Shown here: piece after piece, positions 1 to 9,474 of the stretch
Layout: each line of letters opens with the position of its first letter
Numbering within the stretch: the first letter of the stretch is position 1
NCBI GenBank assembly: GCA_020845895.1
Contig: JADLEX010000094.1
Span: forward strand, 15,897 to 79,896
Direction of reading: 5' to 3'
Source of the DNA: Deltaproteobacteria bacterium
GTDB lineage: Bacteria > Lernaellota > Lernaellaia > JACKCT01
DNA: 64,000 nucleotides
Position numbers and translations under genes: made by a program
The notes under the pieces: generated by a model
The model's input: only the letters and a program-made list of their open reading frames with translations
Told to the model about the DNA's origin: nothing
The model's database searches: none

Positions 1-1164
1 TTCGAGCAGCAGGGCGTCGAGGATTATCAGGGCGGATACGAGGCGCCGGAGGATCGCGAGGAATTCGAATCGCCCATCACGAAAACCGAAACGCTGGCCG
101 AGCACCTCGAATGGCAGGTGCGCCTATCGGATGTCGACAATGCGATTCGCGGCATGGCGATCTATCTGGTGGGCGAGATCGACGACGACGGTTATCTCAA
201 GCGGCCGCTCGCCGAAATCGCCGAATCGCAGAAGTGGGACATCGACGACGTGGAGGAAGCGCTCGCGGTGATCCAGGAATTCGATCCGCCCGGCGTGGGC
301 GCGCGCGATCTGCGTGAATGCCTGCTCCTGCAACTGCGCCAGATGCCGGGCGACCATGCGAATCTGCGAAAGCTGGTCGAAAACCACCTGCACGATCTGG
401 AAACGCGCAATTACAACGCCATCATGAAGGCGATGGGCATCACCTCCGACGTCCTGTCCCGGTTGTTGCGCGAGATCGGCTGCCTCGAGCCCAAACCGGG
501 GCGACCCTTCGGCGGCAAGCCGGTGCAGCACATCGTGCCCGACATCTACGTCGTCAAGGTCGGCGACGACTACGAGGTGCTGCTCAACGACGACGGCCTG
601 CCCAAGCTGCGCGTATCGAACTACTACAAGGACATGCTGGCCGTGCGCGACGCGGCCACGTCGAAAAAGGAACGCGAGTACATTCACGAAAAGTTGCGCT
701 CCGCGATGTGGATGATCCGGTCGATCCACCAACGCCAGCGCACGATCTACAAGGTCACGCAGTCCATCGTGAAACGCCAGCGCGGCTTTTTCGACCGCGG
801 TGCGGTGGGACTCTCGCCGATGGTGCTCCGCGACGTCGCCGAGGACATCGAGATGCACGAGTCGACCGTGTCTCGCGCCACGACGAACAAGTACGTGCAC
901 ACGCCGCAGGGAATCCATGAACTGAAGTTTTTTTTCAATTCGGGCATCGACTCGTCGAGCGGCGACCAGATCGCGTCCGAAGCCGTGAAGCAGCACATCC
1001 ACAAGCTGATTTCCAGTGAGGACCCGAAGAAGCCGTTCTCGGATCAGGAGATCGTCACGATCCTGCTGAAAAAGCACGGGATCGTGATCGCGCGGCGCAC
1101 CGTCACCAAGTATCGCGAGTTGCTCGGAATCCTGTCGTCGAGCAAACGCCGACGCGTGCTATGA
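1..1164 (+). CDS. rpoN: RNA polymerase sigma-54 factor (5' end outside window)
   Basis: Frame open from base 1; HTH MHESTVSRATTNKY and RpoN box ARRTVTKYRE. Confidence 0.97.
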   Translation, partial: FEQQGVEDYQGGYEAPEDREEFESPITKTETLAEHLEWQVRLSDVDNAIRGMAIYLVGEIDDDGYLKRPLAEIAESQKWDIDDVEEALAVIQEFDPPGVGARDLRECLLLQLRQMPGDHANLRKLVENHLHDLETRNYNAIMKAMGITSDVLSRLLREIGCLEPKPGRPFGGKPVQHIVPDIYVVKVGDDYEVLLNDDGLPKLRVSNYYKDMLAVRDAATSKKEREYIHEKLRSAMWMIRSIHQRQRTIYKVTQSIVKRQRGFFDRGAVGLSPMVLRDVAEDIEMHESTVSRATTNKYVHTPQGIHELKFFFNSGIDSSSGDQIASEAVKQHIHKLISSEDPKKPFSDQEIVTILLKKHGIVIARRTVTKYRELLGILSSSKRRRVL

Positions 1165-1189
1165 CCACCCGGCAGGCCAGGAGAGATCC

Positions 1190-1513
1190 ATGAAATTTTC
1201 GGTGACTTTTCGGCACACGGAACCCACGGACGCGATCAAGGAGTATGCCGAACAGAAGCTCGGCAAAGTGAAAAAGTACCTCAACGAACCCATCGACGTG
1301 AACGTCGTCCTCAGCGTGGAAAAATTCCGGCACATCGCCGAGGCGTCGCTCACGGCCGACCGCCAGACGATCACCTGCCACGAGGAAACGCAGGACATGT
1401 ACAGCGCGATCGACGGGCTCGCCGACAAGCTGGAAGTTCAGGTCAAGAAGGCGAAGGGCCGGATGCATTCGCGTCGCGTCGCGGTCGCGGAAACCGAGGC
1501 GGAAACCGACTGA
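1190..1513 (+). CDS. hpf: Ribosome hibernation promoting factor (HPF/RaiA)
   Basis: MKFSVTFRH..T.AIKEYAEQKL..., DMYSAID.LADKLE.Q.KK; canonical position after rpoN. Confidence 0.93.
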   Translation: MKFSVTFRHTEPTDAIKEYAEQKLGKVKKYLNEPIDVNVVLSVEKFRHIAEASLTADRQTITCHEETQDMYSAIDGLADKLEVQVKKAKGRMHSRRVAVAETEAETD

Positions 1514-1584
1514 ACGTCCCGGCGCGGGGGTATCGTTCGCGCGGCGAACGATCCGGACCGACGGCGACGTCATGGAATCGAAAT

Positions 1585-2046
1585 ATGCGGATCGTGGAAT
1601 ATCTCTCACCGGGAGTGATCGCGCCGAGCCTCGCGGCCGGGGATCGTCGGGACGTCTTGCGCGAACTCGTGGAACTCGCCGGACGACAGGACCCTGACCT
1701 CGATCCGGCCGAGGCGTTTCGCGCGCTTTGGGAACGCGAACGTCTCGGCAGCACGGGTGTCGGCGATGGCGTGGCGATCCCGCACGCCAAGGTGCCGGGC
1801 CTGCGACGTATTCTCGCGGCGTTCGGCCGTTCGGTCGCCGGGATCGAGTTCGAGAGCATCGACGAGCGTCCCGCGCATTTGTTCTTTGCAATTCTGGCCC
1901 CGGACAATTCGGTCGGCGCGCACCTGTCGCTGCTGGCGCGCATCAGCAGGGTTTGTCAGACGCCGGGCGAGACCGAACGACTCATGGCGGCGGTTGACGC
2001 GACGGAGATTCGGCGCATCATCGACCTCGCCGATCAGAACGAGTGA
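1585..2046 (+). CDS. ptsN: PTS IIA-Ntr (nitrogen-regulatory EIIA)
   Basis: RERLGSTGVGDGVAIPHAK motif with the phospho-His. Confidence 0.92.
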   Translation: MRIVEYLSPGVIAPSLAAGDRRDVLRELVELAGRQDPDLDPAEAFRALWERERLGSTGVGDGVAIPHAKVPGLRRILAAFGRSVAGIEFESIDERPAHLFFAILAPDNSVGAHLSLLARISRVCQTPGETERLMAAVDATEIRRIIDLADQNE

Positions 2047-2056
2047 GGGGGACGCC

Positions 2057-3031
2057 GTGGCGTATATCCGCGTCGGCGAAATGCTGGAGCACGAGCAGGA
2101 CAACCTCGAGATGACGCTCATCACCGGGCAGGGCGGACTCGACAACAAGATCTACGTCCCGCACATCCAGAAGCCCGGCCTCGCCATGGCGGGGTACACC
2201 AAACACGTCGTCAACCACCGGATGCAGGTCTTCGGCAAGACCGAGATCAGCTATCTGCACGACCAGAAGCCCGCCGCGGCCCGCAAGATCCTCACCGCGT
2301 TTTTCGAAAAGGGCGTTTGTTGCTGCGTCGTGACGCGGTTTCAGAAAGTCCCCGAAGTCTTCGTGGAGCTGGCCGAATCGTCGAAAACGCCGGTGCTCAG
2401 GACGCGCTTGACCACGCAGGAGTTCATCAATCGCGCGACGCGGTTTCTCGAATCGCGGTTCGCGCGGCGCACCACCATGCACGGCGTGCTCGTCGATGTC
2501 TTCGGCGTCGGCGTGCTCATGCTCGGCAAGAGCGCCATCGGCAAGAGTGAATGCGCCCTCGATCTCATCCTCAAGGGCCATCGCCTCGTCGCCGACGACA
2601 TTGTCGAGCTCGCCCGCGGCGGACCCGATTCCATCAACGGGCGCGGCCCCCAGATCACCAAGTACCTCATGGAGATCCGCGGCCTCGGCATCATCAACAT
2701 CAAGGAGATGTTCGGCATCGGGGCGATTCGCGACAAGAAGAAGGTGCACCTGGTGGTGCGTCTCGTGGAGTGGAACGAAAACACCGAGTACGACCGCGTC
2801 GGCCTCGACGACCAGTTCTACCAGATCCTCGGCGTCGAGCTGCCGATGGTGACGATTCCCGTCCGTCCGGGCCGCAACCTCACCGCCATCGTGGAGGTCG
2901 CCGCGCGCAACCACCTGCTCAAGCTCGAAGGCTATCACGCGGCCAAGGAGTTTCAGGACGGATTGCTCGCGAAAATCGCGGGGCAGGAGGAGAAGGTCTC
3001 CGACGACGACGTGCTCGAGGAAGCGGAATGA
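2057..3031 (+). CDS. hprK: HPr kinase/phosphorylase
   Basis: HGVLVDVFGVGVL, P-loop GKSAIGKS, LVADD, MEIRGLGII, PVRPGRN; GTG start at 2057 inferred (track ORF begins upstream). Confidence 0.95.
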   Translation: MAYIRVGEMLEHEQDNLEMTLITGQGGLDNKIYVPHIQKPGLAMAGYTKHVVNHRMQVFGKTEISYLHDQKPAAARKILTAFFEKGVCCCVVTRFQKVPEVFVELAESSKTPVLRTRLTTQEFINRATRFLESRFARRTTMHGVLVDVFGVGVLMLGKSAIGKSECALDLILKGHRLVADDIVELARGGPDSINGRGPQITKYLMEIRGLGIINIKEMFGIGAIRDKKKVHLVVRLVEWNENTEYDRVGLDDQFYQILGVELPMVTIPVRPGRNLTAIVEVAARNHLLKLEGYHAAKEFQDGLLAKIAGQEEKVSDDDVLEEAE

Positions 3032-3900
3032 AAGACGTCTCGATCCTCATTCTGACCGGCATGTCGGGGTCGGGGAAAAGCATCGCGATCAAAGCGCTCG
3101 AGGACATCGGTTATTTCTGCATCGACAACATGCCGATCGCCCTATTGCCCAAGCTGCTGGAGCTTTCGGACACGGCGTCGGAATACACCCGCTATGCCCT
3201 GGTCATGGACAGCCGCGCGGCGAACTTCACGGACGAGTACGACCAGATCCGCAAGTCCTCGATCGACGCGGGCTATCCCATCCACACGGTTTTTCTCGAC
3301 GCGTCGGACGAGAGCCTCGTGAGACGGTTCTCCGAGACGCGTCGCCCGCATCCGCTCGACGCGACGGGCGACCTGATGGAGGCGATCCAGAACGAACGCG
3401 AGCGCCTCGCGCATCTGCGCGCCGCGGCCGACGACGTGATCGACACGTCGAGCCTGTCGGTGCACGATCTGCGCCGCGACCTGCAGGAGCGATTCGGACC
3501 CTCGGGCGACAAGTTTCCCCTGCGCATCACGTTTAAGAGCTTCGGCTACAAGTTCGGCGTGCCGACCGACGCCAACCTGATGTTCGACGTGCGCTTCCTG
3601 CCCAACCCCTACTTTGTTCCCGACCTCAAACCGTTCACCGGACGTGACGAAAAGGTCGCGGAATACGTCCTGAATCAGGACGTCACGAAACGTTTCGTCG
3701 ACACCGTCGCCGAGTTCCTGCGCTTCCTGTTGCCGTATTATGAGAAAGAAGGTAAGCACTACCTCACCGTCGCCATCGGCTGCACCGGGGGAGCCCACCG
3801 TTCCGTCGCGATCGTCGAACATCTGGCGAAGACCTTTCGGACGGGGAAACACCAGTCCACCGTGGTTCACCGGGATCTCAAACGATATCAGGAGCCCTGA
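3028..3900 (+). CDS. rapZ: RNase adapter RapZ (YvcJ family P-loop protein)
   Basis: TGMSGSGKS, GYFCIDNMP, SFGYKFG, DVRFLPNPY, GCTGGAHRSV; ATGA overlap with hprK. Confidence 0.95.
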   Translation: MKDVSILILTGMSGSGKSIAIKALEDIGYFCIDNMPIALLPKLLELSDTASEYTRYALVMDSRAANFTDEYDQIRKSSIDAGYPIHTVFLDASDESLVRRFSETRRPHPLDATGDLMEAIQNERERLAHLRAAADDVIDTSSLSVHDLRRDLQERFGPSGDKFPLRITFKSFGYKFGVPTDANLMFDVRFLPNPYFVPDLKPFTGRDEKVAEYVLNQDVTKRFVDTVAEFLRFLLPYYEKEGKHYLTVAIGCTGGAHRSVAIVEHLAKTFRTGKHQSTVVHRDLKRYQEP

Positions 3901-3945
3901 GCGGGACGCGCCGGGCGTTCGCGCGGCGCCGGGAGAGTTCGACGC

Positions 3946-4356
3946 ATGGTCGGCATGGTTGTTGTGGCCCACGGAATGTTGGCCCAGGAAATCATCAAGA
4001 CGACGAGCACGATCGAGGGCCGTCCCGTCGAACGCGCCATCGCCGTGGAAATCGACGCGCTGGAAGATCCGTCCGCGGTGGCCAAGCGCATCGACCACGC
4101 CGTTCGCGCGGTGGATGACGGCGACGGCGTCCTGATCCTGACGGACATGTTCGGCGGAACGCCGTCCAACGTCGCCCTGTCGCTGCTGGCCGAAGGGCGG
4201 ATCGAGGTCGTGAGCGGCCTGAACCTGCCGATGATGATGTATCTGGCGCACCACCGCGACGGCCTTTCGCTCGCGGAATTGGCCCGCTCCATCATCGAAG
4301 TGGGTCGCGAACACATCTCGCTCGCCAGCGAGTTCCTGAGCGATGGCGCACGATAA
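3946..4356 (+). CDS. PTS mannose/fructose-family EIIA
   Basis: VVVAHG, LILTDMFGGTPSN, SGLNLPM motifs. Confidence 0.92.
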   Translation: MVGMVVVAHGMLAQEIIKTTSTIEGRPVERAIAVEIDALEDPSAVAKRIDHAVRAVDDGDGVLILTDMFGGTPSNVALSLLAEGRIEVVSGLNLPMMMYLAHHRDGLSLAELARSIIEVGREHISLASEFLSDGAR

Positions 4357-4636
4357 AGACCCCGGGCTCACGGTCACTCGCGACGTTTTGGTGCGCAACA
4401 AGCAGGGCATTCACCTGCGCCCCGCGTCGAAGATCGTCAAGGCAATGGCCCGCTTCGAGTGCGAGATCTACCTGCACAAGGGCGATCGCGCGGCGAACGC
4501 GAAGAGCATCATGAGCGTGACCACGTTGATCGCGCCGAAAAACACCGTGCTGACGATCCGCGCGGTGGGTCCGGATGCCGAGGAAGCGAGCGCCGCGCTC
4601 GAAACGCTGTTCGTCGAAAAGTTCGGAGAGGAGTGA
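4343..4636 (+). CDS. ptsH: Phosphocarrier protein HPr
   Basis: GIHLRPA (His15) and NAKSIM (Ser46). Confidence 0.93.
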   Translation: MAHDKDPGLTVTRDVLVRNKQGIHLRPASKIVKAMARFECEIYLHKGDRAANAKSIMSVTTLIAPKNTVLTIRAVGPDAEEASAALETLFVEKFGEE

Positions 4637-6411
4637 TGAGCGACTCCGAGCTCGTCTGCCGGAAATTCAAGGGAAATGTCGGCGCGCCTGGCGTGATCGT
4701 CGGCCTCGCGTATTGCATCGACCGCGCGAAGCTGCGCGTCACGATGCGCCTCGTGCTCCCCGAGCTCGTCCTGCTCGAAAAATCCCGTGTCCACGACGCC
4801 ATCGAAAAGAGCCGCGCCCAGCTCGAAGCCGCGCTCGGACGCGATCTGCAGGAGGATCACCGGCTGATCCTCGAGGCGCACCTGGCCTGGCTCGCCGACG
4901 AGTACATGATCCAGGAAGTGCTCCGGCACATCGAAACCGACCGCATCAACGCCGAATGGGCCGTCAAGAAGCTCTTCGACGGGCTCAAGGCCACGCTCGC
5001 GGGCGAATCCGAACGCACGCGCATCGAGCGCACGCAGCTCTTCGACGAGGTCGCCCAACGCCTGATCCGCAACCTGATGGGCGTGCAGGACGAGAGCCTG
5101 GACGGCGTGCCTCCGGGCGTCGTCATCGTCTCGCACAACATCTCGCCCGGCGACATGGCCCATATCGACCGCGAGCGCGTGGTCGGGCTCGCGACCGATC
5201 TGGGCGGCCCGACGAGCCATTCGTCGATTCTCGCGCGCGGGATGGAACTGCCGACGGTGGTCGGCCTCGAGCACATCACGTCGCACGTCAAGACGGGCGA
5301 TGTGCTGATCCTCGACGCGCAGGACGGCCTCGTCTTCGTCCACCCGAGCCTCGAACTCATCGACGAATACCAAGAGAAGATCCGCAAGCGCGCAGCCCGC
5401 ACGGCCGAGCTGCTGGAAATGAAGGACCTGCCGTGCGTCACCGCGGACGGCGTCGCCGTCGGATTGCAGGTCAACATCGACCTTCCCGAGGAAATGCGCC
5501 TCGCGACGAACGTCGGCATCCGCGACATCGGCCTGTTCCGCACGGAATTCATTTTCCTCGCCAAGGGCGGTCCCGCCAGCGAGGACGAGCAGTACGAAAT
5601 CTACTCGCGACTTCTGCGGGAGGTCGGCCGCGACCACTACGCCACCATCCGTACGCTGGACATGGGTTACGACAAGGTGCTGCCCGAGTTGAACCAGCCG
5701 GGCGAATCGAATCCCGCCATGGGACTGCGCGCGATCCGGTTCTGCCTGCAACGCGAGGACATCTTCAAGGATCAGCTCCGCGCCATGCTGCGCGCGTCGG
5801 TGCACGGCAACCTTCGAATCATGGTCCCGATGATCTCGTGCCTGTCCGAACTGCGGCGCGCGAAGGGGATTCTGGAGGAAGTGCGTCAGGAGCTCGAACT
5901 CGAAGGGCGCGAGTTTTCCGATGACGTACGCCTGGGGATCATGATCGAGGTGCCCAGCGCCGTCATCATCGCGGACATCCTCGCGGCCGAGGTCGATTTC
6001 TTCAGCATCGGAACGAACGACTTGATCCAATACACCATGGCCATCGACCGCGAGAACGAAAACGTCGCTTATCTCTACAGCCCCATCCACCAGGCGATTC
6101 TGCGAATGATCAAGCAGACGGTGGACGCGGCGCGCGAGGCCCGGATCGAGGTCTCGATGTGCGGCGAAATGGCCGGCGACCTGCAGCTCACCATGCTGCT
6201 CATCGGCCTCGGAGTGGACAACCTTTCCATGAGCCCCGCGGCGACCCTGAAGGTCAAGGACCTCGTCCGGCGCATCGACATGGGTGAGGCGCGCGCACTG
6301 GCCGGGCGTGTGCTCGGCATGAAGACGCGACGCGAGATCATCGCCCTCGTCAAGGACACGATGCACACCCGGTTCCCCGTCGAATTTCGCGACCATTCCT
6401 GGACGATCTAG
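4636..6411 (+). CDS. ptsI: PTS enzyme I (PEP-protein phosphotransferase)
   Basis: GGPTSHSSILAR phospho-His, GLFRTEF, RTLDMG.DK, NPAMGLRAIR, GIMIEVP, SIGTNDLIQY; ATG at 4636 overlaps the ptsH stop. Confidence 0.96.
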   Translation: MSDSELVCRKFKGNVGAPGVIVGLAYCIDRAKLRVTMRLVLPELVLLEKSRVHDAIEKSRAQLEAALGRDLQEDHRLILEAHLAWLADEYMIQEVLRHIETDRINAEWAVKKLFDGLKATLAGESERTRIERTQLFDEVAQRLIRNLMGVQDESLDGVPPGVVIVSHNISPGDMAHIDRERVVGLATDLGGPTSHSSILARGMELPTVVGLEHITSHVKTGDVLILDAQDGLVFVHPSLELIDEYQEKIRKRAARTAELLEMKDLPCVTADGVAVGLQVNIDLPEEMRLATNVGIRDIGLFRTEFIFLAKGGPASEDEQYEIYSRLLREVGRDHYATIRTLDMGYDKVLPELNQPGESNPAMGLRAIRFCLQREDIFKDQLRAMLRASVHGNLRIMVPMISCLSELRRAKGILEEVRQELELEGREFSDDVRLGIMIEVPSAVIIADILAAEVDFFSIGTNDLIQYTMAIDRENENVAYLYSPIHQAILRMIKQTVDAAREARIEVSMCGEMAGDLQLTMLLIGLGVDNLSMSPAATLKVKDLVRRIDMGEARALAGRVLGMKTRREIIALVKDTMHTRFPVEFRDHSWTI

Positions 6412-6489
6412 GGTTCAGAGCGACGCGTTCGCTCGCTCATGCCGCGTCCCCGTTCGTGGGACGATCGGTCGGCGAGAACGGCCGCGTTT

Positions 6490-6635
6490 CATGACCGGTG
6501 GTCATGCTGATTATTTTCTCCAACAAAAACGAACTGTTACATGGTTATTGCGTTCTGAACCGCGGTCATGATAATGTGCGTTTGGGCATGGCGGAGTTAT
6601 CTTGACACGCAAAGCAGGAATGACCGGCGGTCACC
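6490..6635. promoter_or_regulatory. Three TGACC-N3-GGTCA palindromes in the AT-rich intergenic region upstream of a Xer-like recombinase
   Basis: CATGACC-GGT-GGTCATG (6490-6506, perfect); TCTGAAC-CGC-GGTCATG (6554-6570, degenerate left arm); AATGACC-GGC-GGTCACC (6619-6635). Confidence 0.6.
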
Positions 6636-6698
6636 ATGCGTTGGGATAACTCCCCGAGACCCGGTTGGCAAGGCCAAAATTCACCGGGAGCGAGTCGA

Positions 6699-7718
6699 AT
6701 GACGATCCAGTTGGCGGGGGCGGTCGAGCAGTTTCAGACGGCATGTCGATCGGAGCTCGGGCTCTCCGAAAAAACGGCGAGGGCGTACTCCTACGATCTC
6801 GCTCAGTTTGTCGATTTCACCCATGTCGCGAGCCTCTCCGATGTCGGCGTCGAGCGCATCCGCGCCTACGTCGAGGACCTCGAAAGTCGCCAGGATCTCA
6901 AACCGACGACCGTGCGTCGAAAGGTCATGACCCTCAAGGCGTTCTTCGGCTATTTCCGCGAACGGGGCGCGATCCCCGGCAATCCCGCGGATGAACTCGG
7001 CTACAAGCAGCAAATCCAGAAGACGCAGCCGCGCATTCTGAATTCGGGCGACCTCGTTCGCCTTCTGCAGTGCGTGGACGGCGAGGTCGAGCGTTATTCG
7101 GAGATGCTGCGCCCCGGTTGCGGTCGGCGTATTCGCCTGTTTCACGACAACGCGATTCGCGACCGGGCCATTATCGAGCTGCTGTTCTCCACGGCGATGC
7201 GCATCGGCGAACTCACCGAGCTCGACATCGAAGACGTGGACCTCGACCTTGGAACAATCCATGTCGAGGGAAAAGGCAATCGCGACCGGCATCTGGTGGT
7301 CGCGGGCGAAAAGACCCTGGCGGCCCTTCGCGAATACTGGAAGATCCGCCGACTGGCGAACGGCGGCTGCCCGGCGTTCTTCCTCAACCGCTGTCCCGGA
7401 CGGCTCTCGATCTTCGCCGTCGAGAATATGTTCGAACGAATCCGCAAGGCCGCGGGCATCCGCCGCCGGGTGACCCCCCACGCGCTCCGACATACGATGG
7501 CCACGATGCTGCTCAACAACGGCATGGCCATGGAACGAATCCGCGACATCCTCGGTCACAGCTCGCTCGTGACGACGCAGGTTTACGACGAGGTCGCTCC
7601 GCGTCGGCAAAAGAAGGTGCTGGATTTTCTCAACGAGGAACGACGTCTCGACGTCGGCGTCCTCGGTGAGGACGAAGCCGACGAACCGGTGTTGCCGGTG
7701 ATCGCGACGCGCGGATGA
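6699..7718 (+). CDS. XerC/XerD-like tyrosine recombinase
   Basis: Catalytic set R (TAMRIGEL), K (GKGNRDR), HxxR (TPHALRHTMAT), H (LGHSSL), Y (TTQVY); start at MTIQL after GGGAG. Confidence 0.9.
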   Translation: MTIQLAGAVEQFQTACRSELGLSEKTARAYSYDLAQFVDFTHVASLSDVGVERIRAYVEDLESRQDLKPTTVRRKVMTLKAFFGYFRERGAIPGNPADELGYKQQIQKTQPRILNSGDLVRLLQCVDGEVERYSEMLRPGCGRRIRLFHDNAIRDRAIIELLFSTAMRIGELTELDIEDVDLDLGTIHVEGKGNRDRHLVVAGEKTLAALREYWKIRRLANGGCPAFFLNRCPGRLSIFAVENMFERIRKAAGIRRRVTPHALRHTMATMLLNNGMAMERIRDILGHSSLVTTQVYDEVAPRRQKKVLDFLNEERRLDVGVLGEDEADEPVLPVIATRG

Positions 7719-7843
7719 AATCGGCGGGCGCCGATGACGCGGGGCGGGAATTGTCCAGAGACGAATTCTCGGCGGACAAATCCTTGCCAGACGAGACGTT
7801 GCGCGGCTAATTTGAAGCCGTGAAACCCCAAATCGGGCGAACA

Positions 7844-8359
7844 ATGACGAAGACTGTCATGGCGCGTGTCGTCCTGCTGATGGCGCTGTGCGCCGCGCTC
7901 GTCGCCGCCGGCGCGTGTTCGAAGAAGGCCGACGAGGACAAACCCCCCGCGCCATCGGTGCCCACGGAGGTTCCCGCCCCGGACGTTCCCATCTTCGAGC
8001 CCGCCGTCATGGACGCCCGCGAAGCGGGTCCCGGCGGGTATCGCCTCATGTACACGACGCACTCGCCGATGGAATCGGTCCTCAACTTCATCGAGACGCG
8101 TTGGGTCGAGCGGGGGTGGATCGCGGTCGCGAGCGTGCCCGAAAAGGAAACGCGAAAGATGCTCTACTTTCGCAAGGACCAGCGTCTCCTGATGGCCGTC
8201 GTGGAGTTGACGGGCGAAGACGGCGGATGCCGTTTCACCGTCATGGAGACCCTCGGCGAGAGCCCGCGCGGAAACGTGCTGACCGGGCCGGCCGAGGAAG
8301 GCGCACCCCCCGAAGCGCAGGGAGCGCCGGAAGGCGAGGCCGCGCCGTCCGGTCACTGA
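7844..8359 (+). CDS. Hypothetical lipoprotein
   Basis: Hydrophobic N-terminus with lipobox AAGA-C, then a Pro-rich linker. Confidence 0.65.
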   Translation: MTKTVMARVVLLMALCAALVAAGACSKKADEDKPPAPSVPTEVPAPDVPIFEPAVMDAREAGPGGYRLMYTTHSPMESVLNFIETRWVERGWIAVASVPEKETRKMLYFRKDQRLLMAVVELTGEDGGCRFTVMETLGESPRGNVLTGPAEEGAPPEAQGAPEGEAAPSGH

Positions 8360-8364
8360 CGCGC

Positions 8365-9363
8365 GTGCGTGTCGATCCGTTCATCCAGCAGGTTCTGAAA
8401 ACCGCGCGCCGCCACGAGATGTGGCGCGCCGGGGACATCGTGCTCGTCGCGCTGTCCGGCGGGCGCGATTCGGTGGCGCTCGTCCGCGCGCTCGGGTCGA
8501 TCGAGCGCCTGTGCGGCATCCGTGTCGTCGCGGGACACGTCGATCATGGTCTTCGCGACGGCAGCGCCGACGACGCGAAATGGGTCGATGCGTTGTGCGC
8601 CCGCGAGGGCATCCCGCATCAGCAGTCGAAGCTGGATGCCGGCGCCATCATGCGTTCGCCGCTCGGCATCGAGGCCGCGGCCCGCGAAGCCCGGCATGCG
8701 GCGCTGGAAACGATCGCCGACGATCTCGGCGCGACGAAGATCGCCACGGCGCACCATCGGGACGATCAGGCCGAGACGGTTCTGGAGCGTTTGACGCGCG
8801 GAGCGGGGACTCGGGGCTTGCGTGGGATCCTGCCCGTTAAGGGCCGGTGGATCCGACCTTTCCTCGAGGTCGACCGCGAACGCATCGCGAATTTCGCGGC
8901 CTCGAAACGGCTAAAATGGCGCGAGGACCCCACCAACGCCGACACGAATCTCGCGCGAAACGCGCTTCGCCACATCGTCCTTCCGGCGCTGCGGGAGATT
9001 CGGCCGGGTTGCGACGAGGTGCTGGCCCGTGCCGCCGAGATCGCCCGGCGCGAGGACGCGGCCCTGGACCGGGTCTTCCGCGACGTGCTCGCGTCCTGTG
9101 CGCGGCTCGAATCCGGCATCTGGGTCCTTTGCGTCGAGGCACTCTTGGCGACGGATATCGAACGCCGACGCGTGTTCTGGCACCGGTTTTTGTGGGAAAT
9201 CGGCTCGAATCGCGTGGATCTGGACCTCGCCGACGACCTGGAACGGCTCATTTTCGCGGATCACCGTCAGCCGGGATTCCCGATCGGGTCGGACTTTTTC
9301 GCCCGCCGGGAGAGCTTCGTCATCACGATCGCCCCCGCCAGGACAGCCGCTCGCGGAGCGTGA
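8365..9363 (+). CDS. tilS: tRNA(Ile)-lysidine synthetase
   Basis: VALSGGRDS, HVDHGLR, AHHRDDQAETVL, RPFL, WREDPTN; GTG start inferred. Confidence 0.93.
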   Translation: MRVDPFIQQVLKTARRHEMWRAGDIVLVALSGGRDSVALVRALGSIERLCGIRVVAGHVDHGLRDGSADDAKWVDALCAREGIPHQQSKLDAGAIMRSPLGIEAAAREARHAALETIADDLGATKIATAHHRDDQAETVLERLTRGAGTRGLRGILPVKGRWIRPFLEVDRERIANFAASKRLKWREDPTNADTNLARNALRHIVLPALREIRPGCDEVLARAAEIARREDAALDRVFRDVLASCARLESGIWVLCVEALLATDIERRRVFWHRFLWEIGSNRVDLDLADDLERLIFADHRQPGFPIGSDFFARRESFVITIAPARTAARGA

Positions 9364-9474
9364 TCGTCGCGTTCGGTGGTCCCGATCGGATGATTTTCAT
9401 CATCAATCCGCATTTTCATTTTAACAACCGTCGGTTTCCGCCGATAACTCCATTTGACGAATGGGGAGCTTGTC

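Noticed and set aside
2518-2550. HprK P-loop GKSAIGKS with Ala in place of the usual Gly
   Set aside because: GxxxxGKS is intact; likely a tolerated variant.
6564-6607. Possible dif site near the Xer-like gene (GGTCATGATAA-TGTGCG...; TTATCTTGACA)
   Set aside because: Each half resembles one Xer arm, but they are not paired across a 6-bp spacer; the partner arms do not match.
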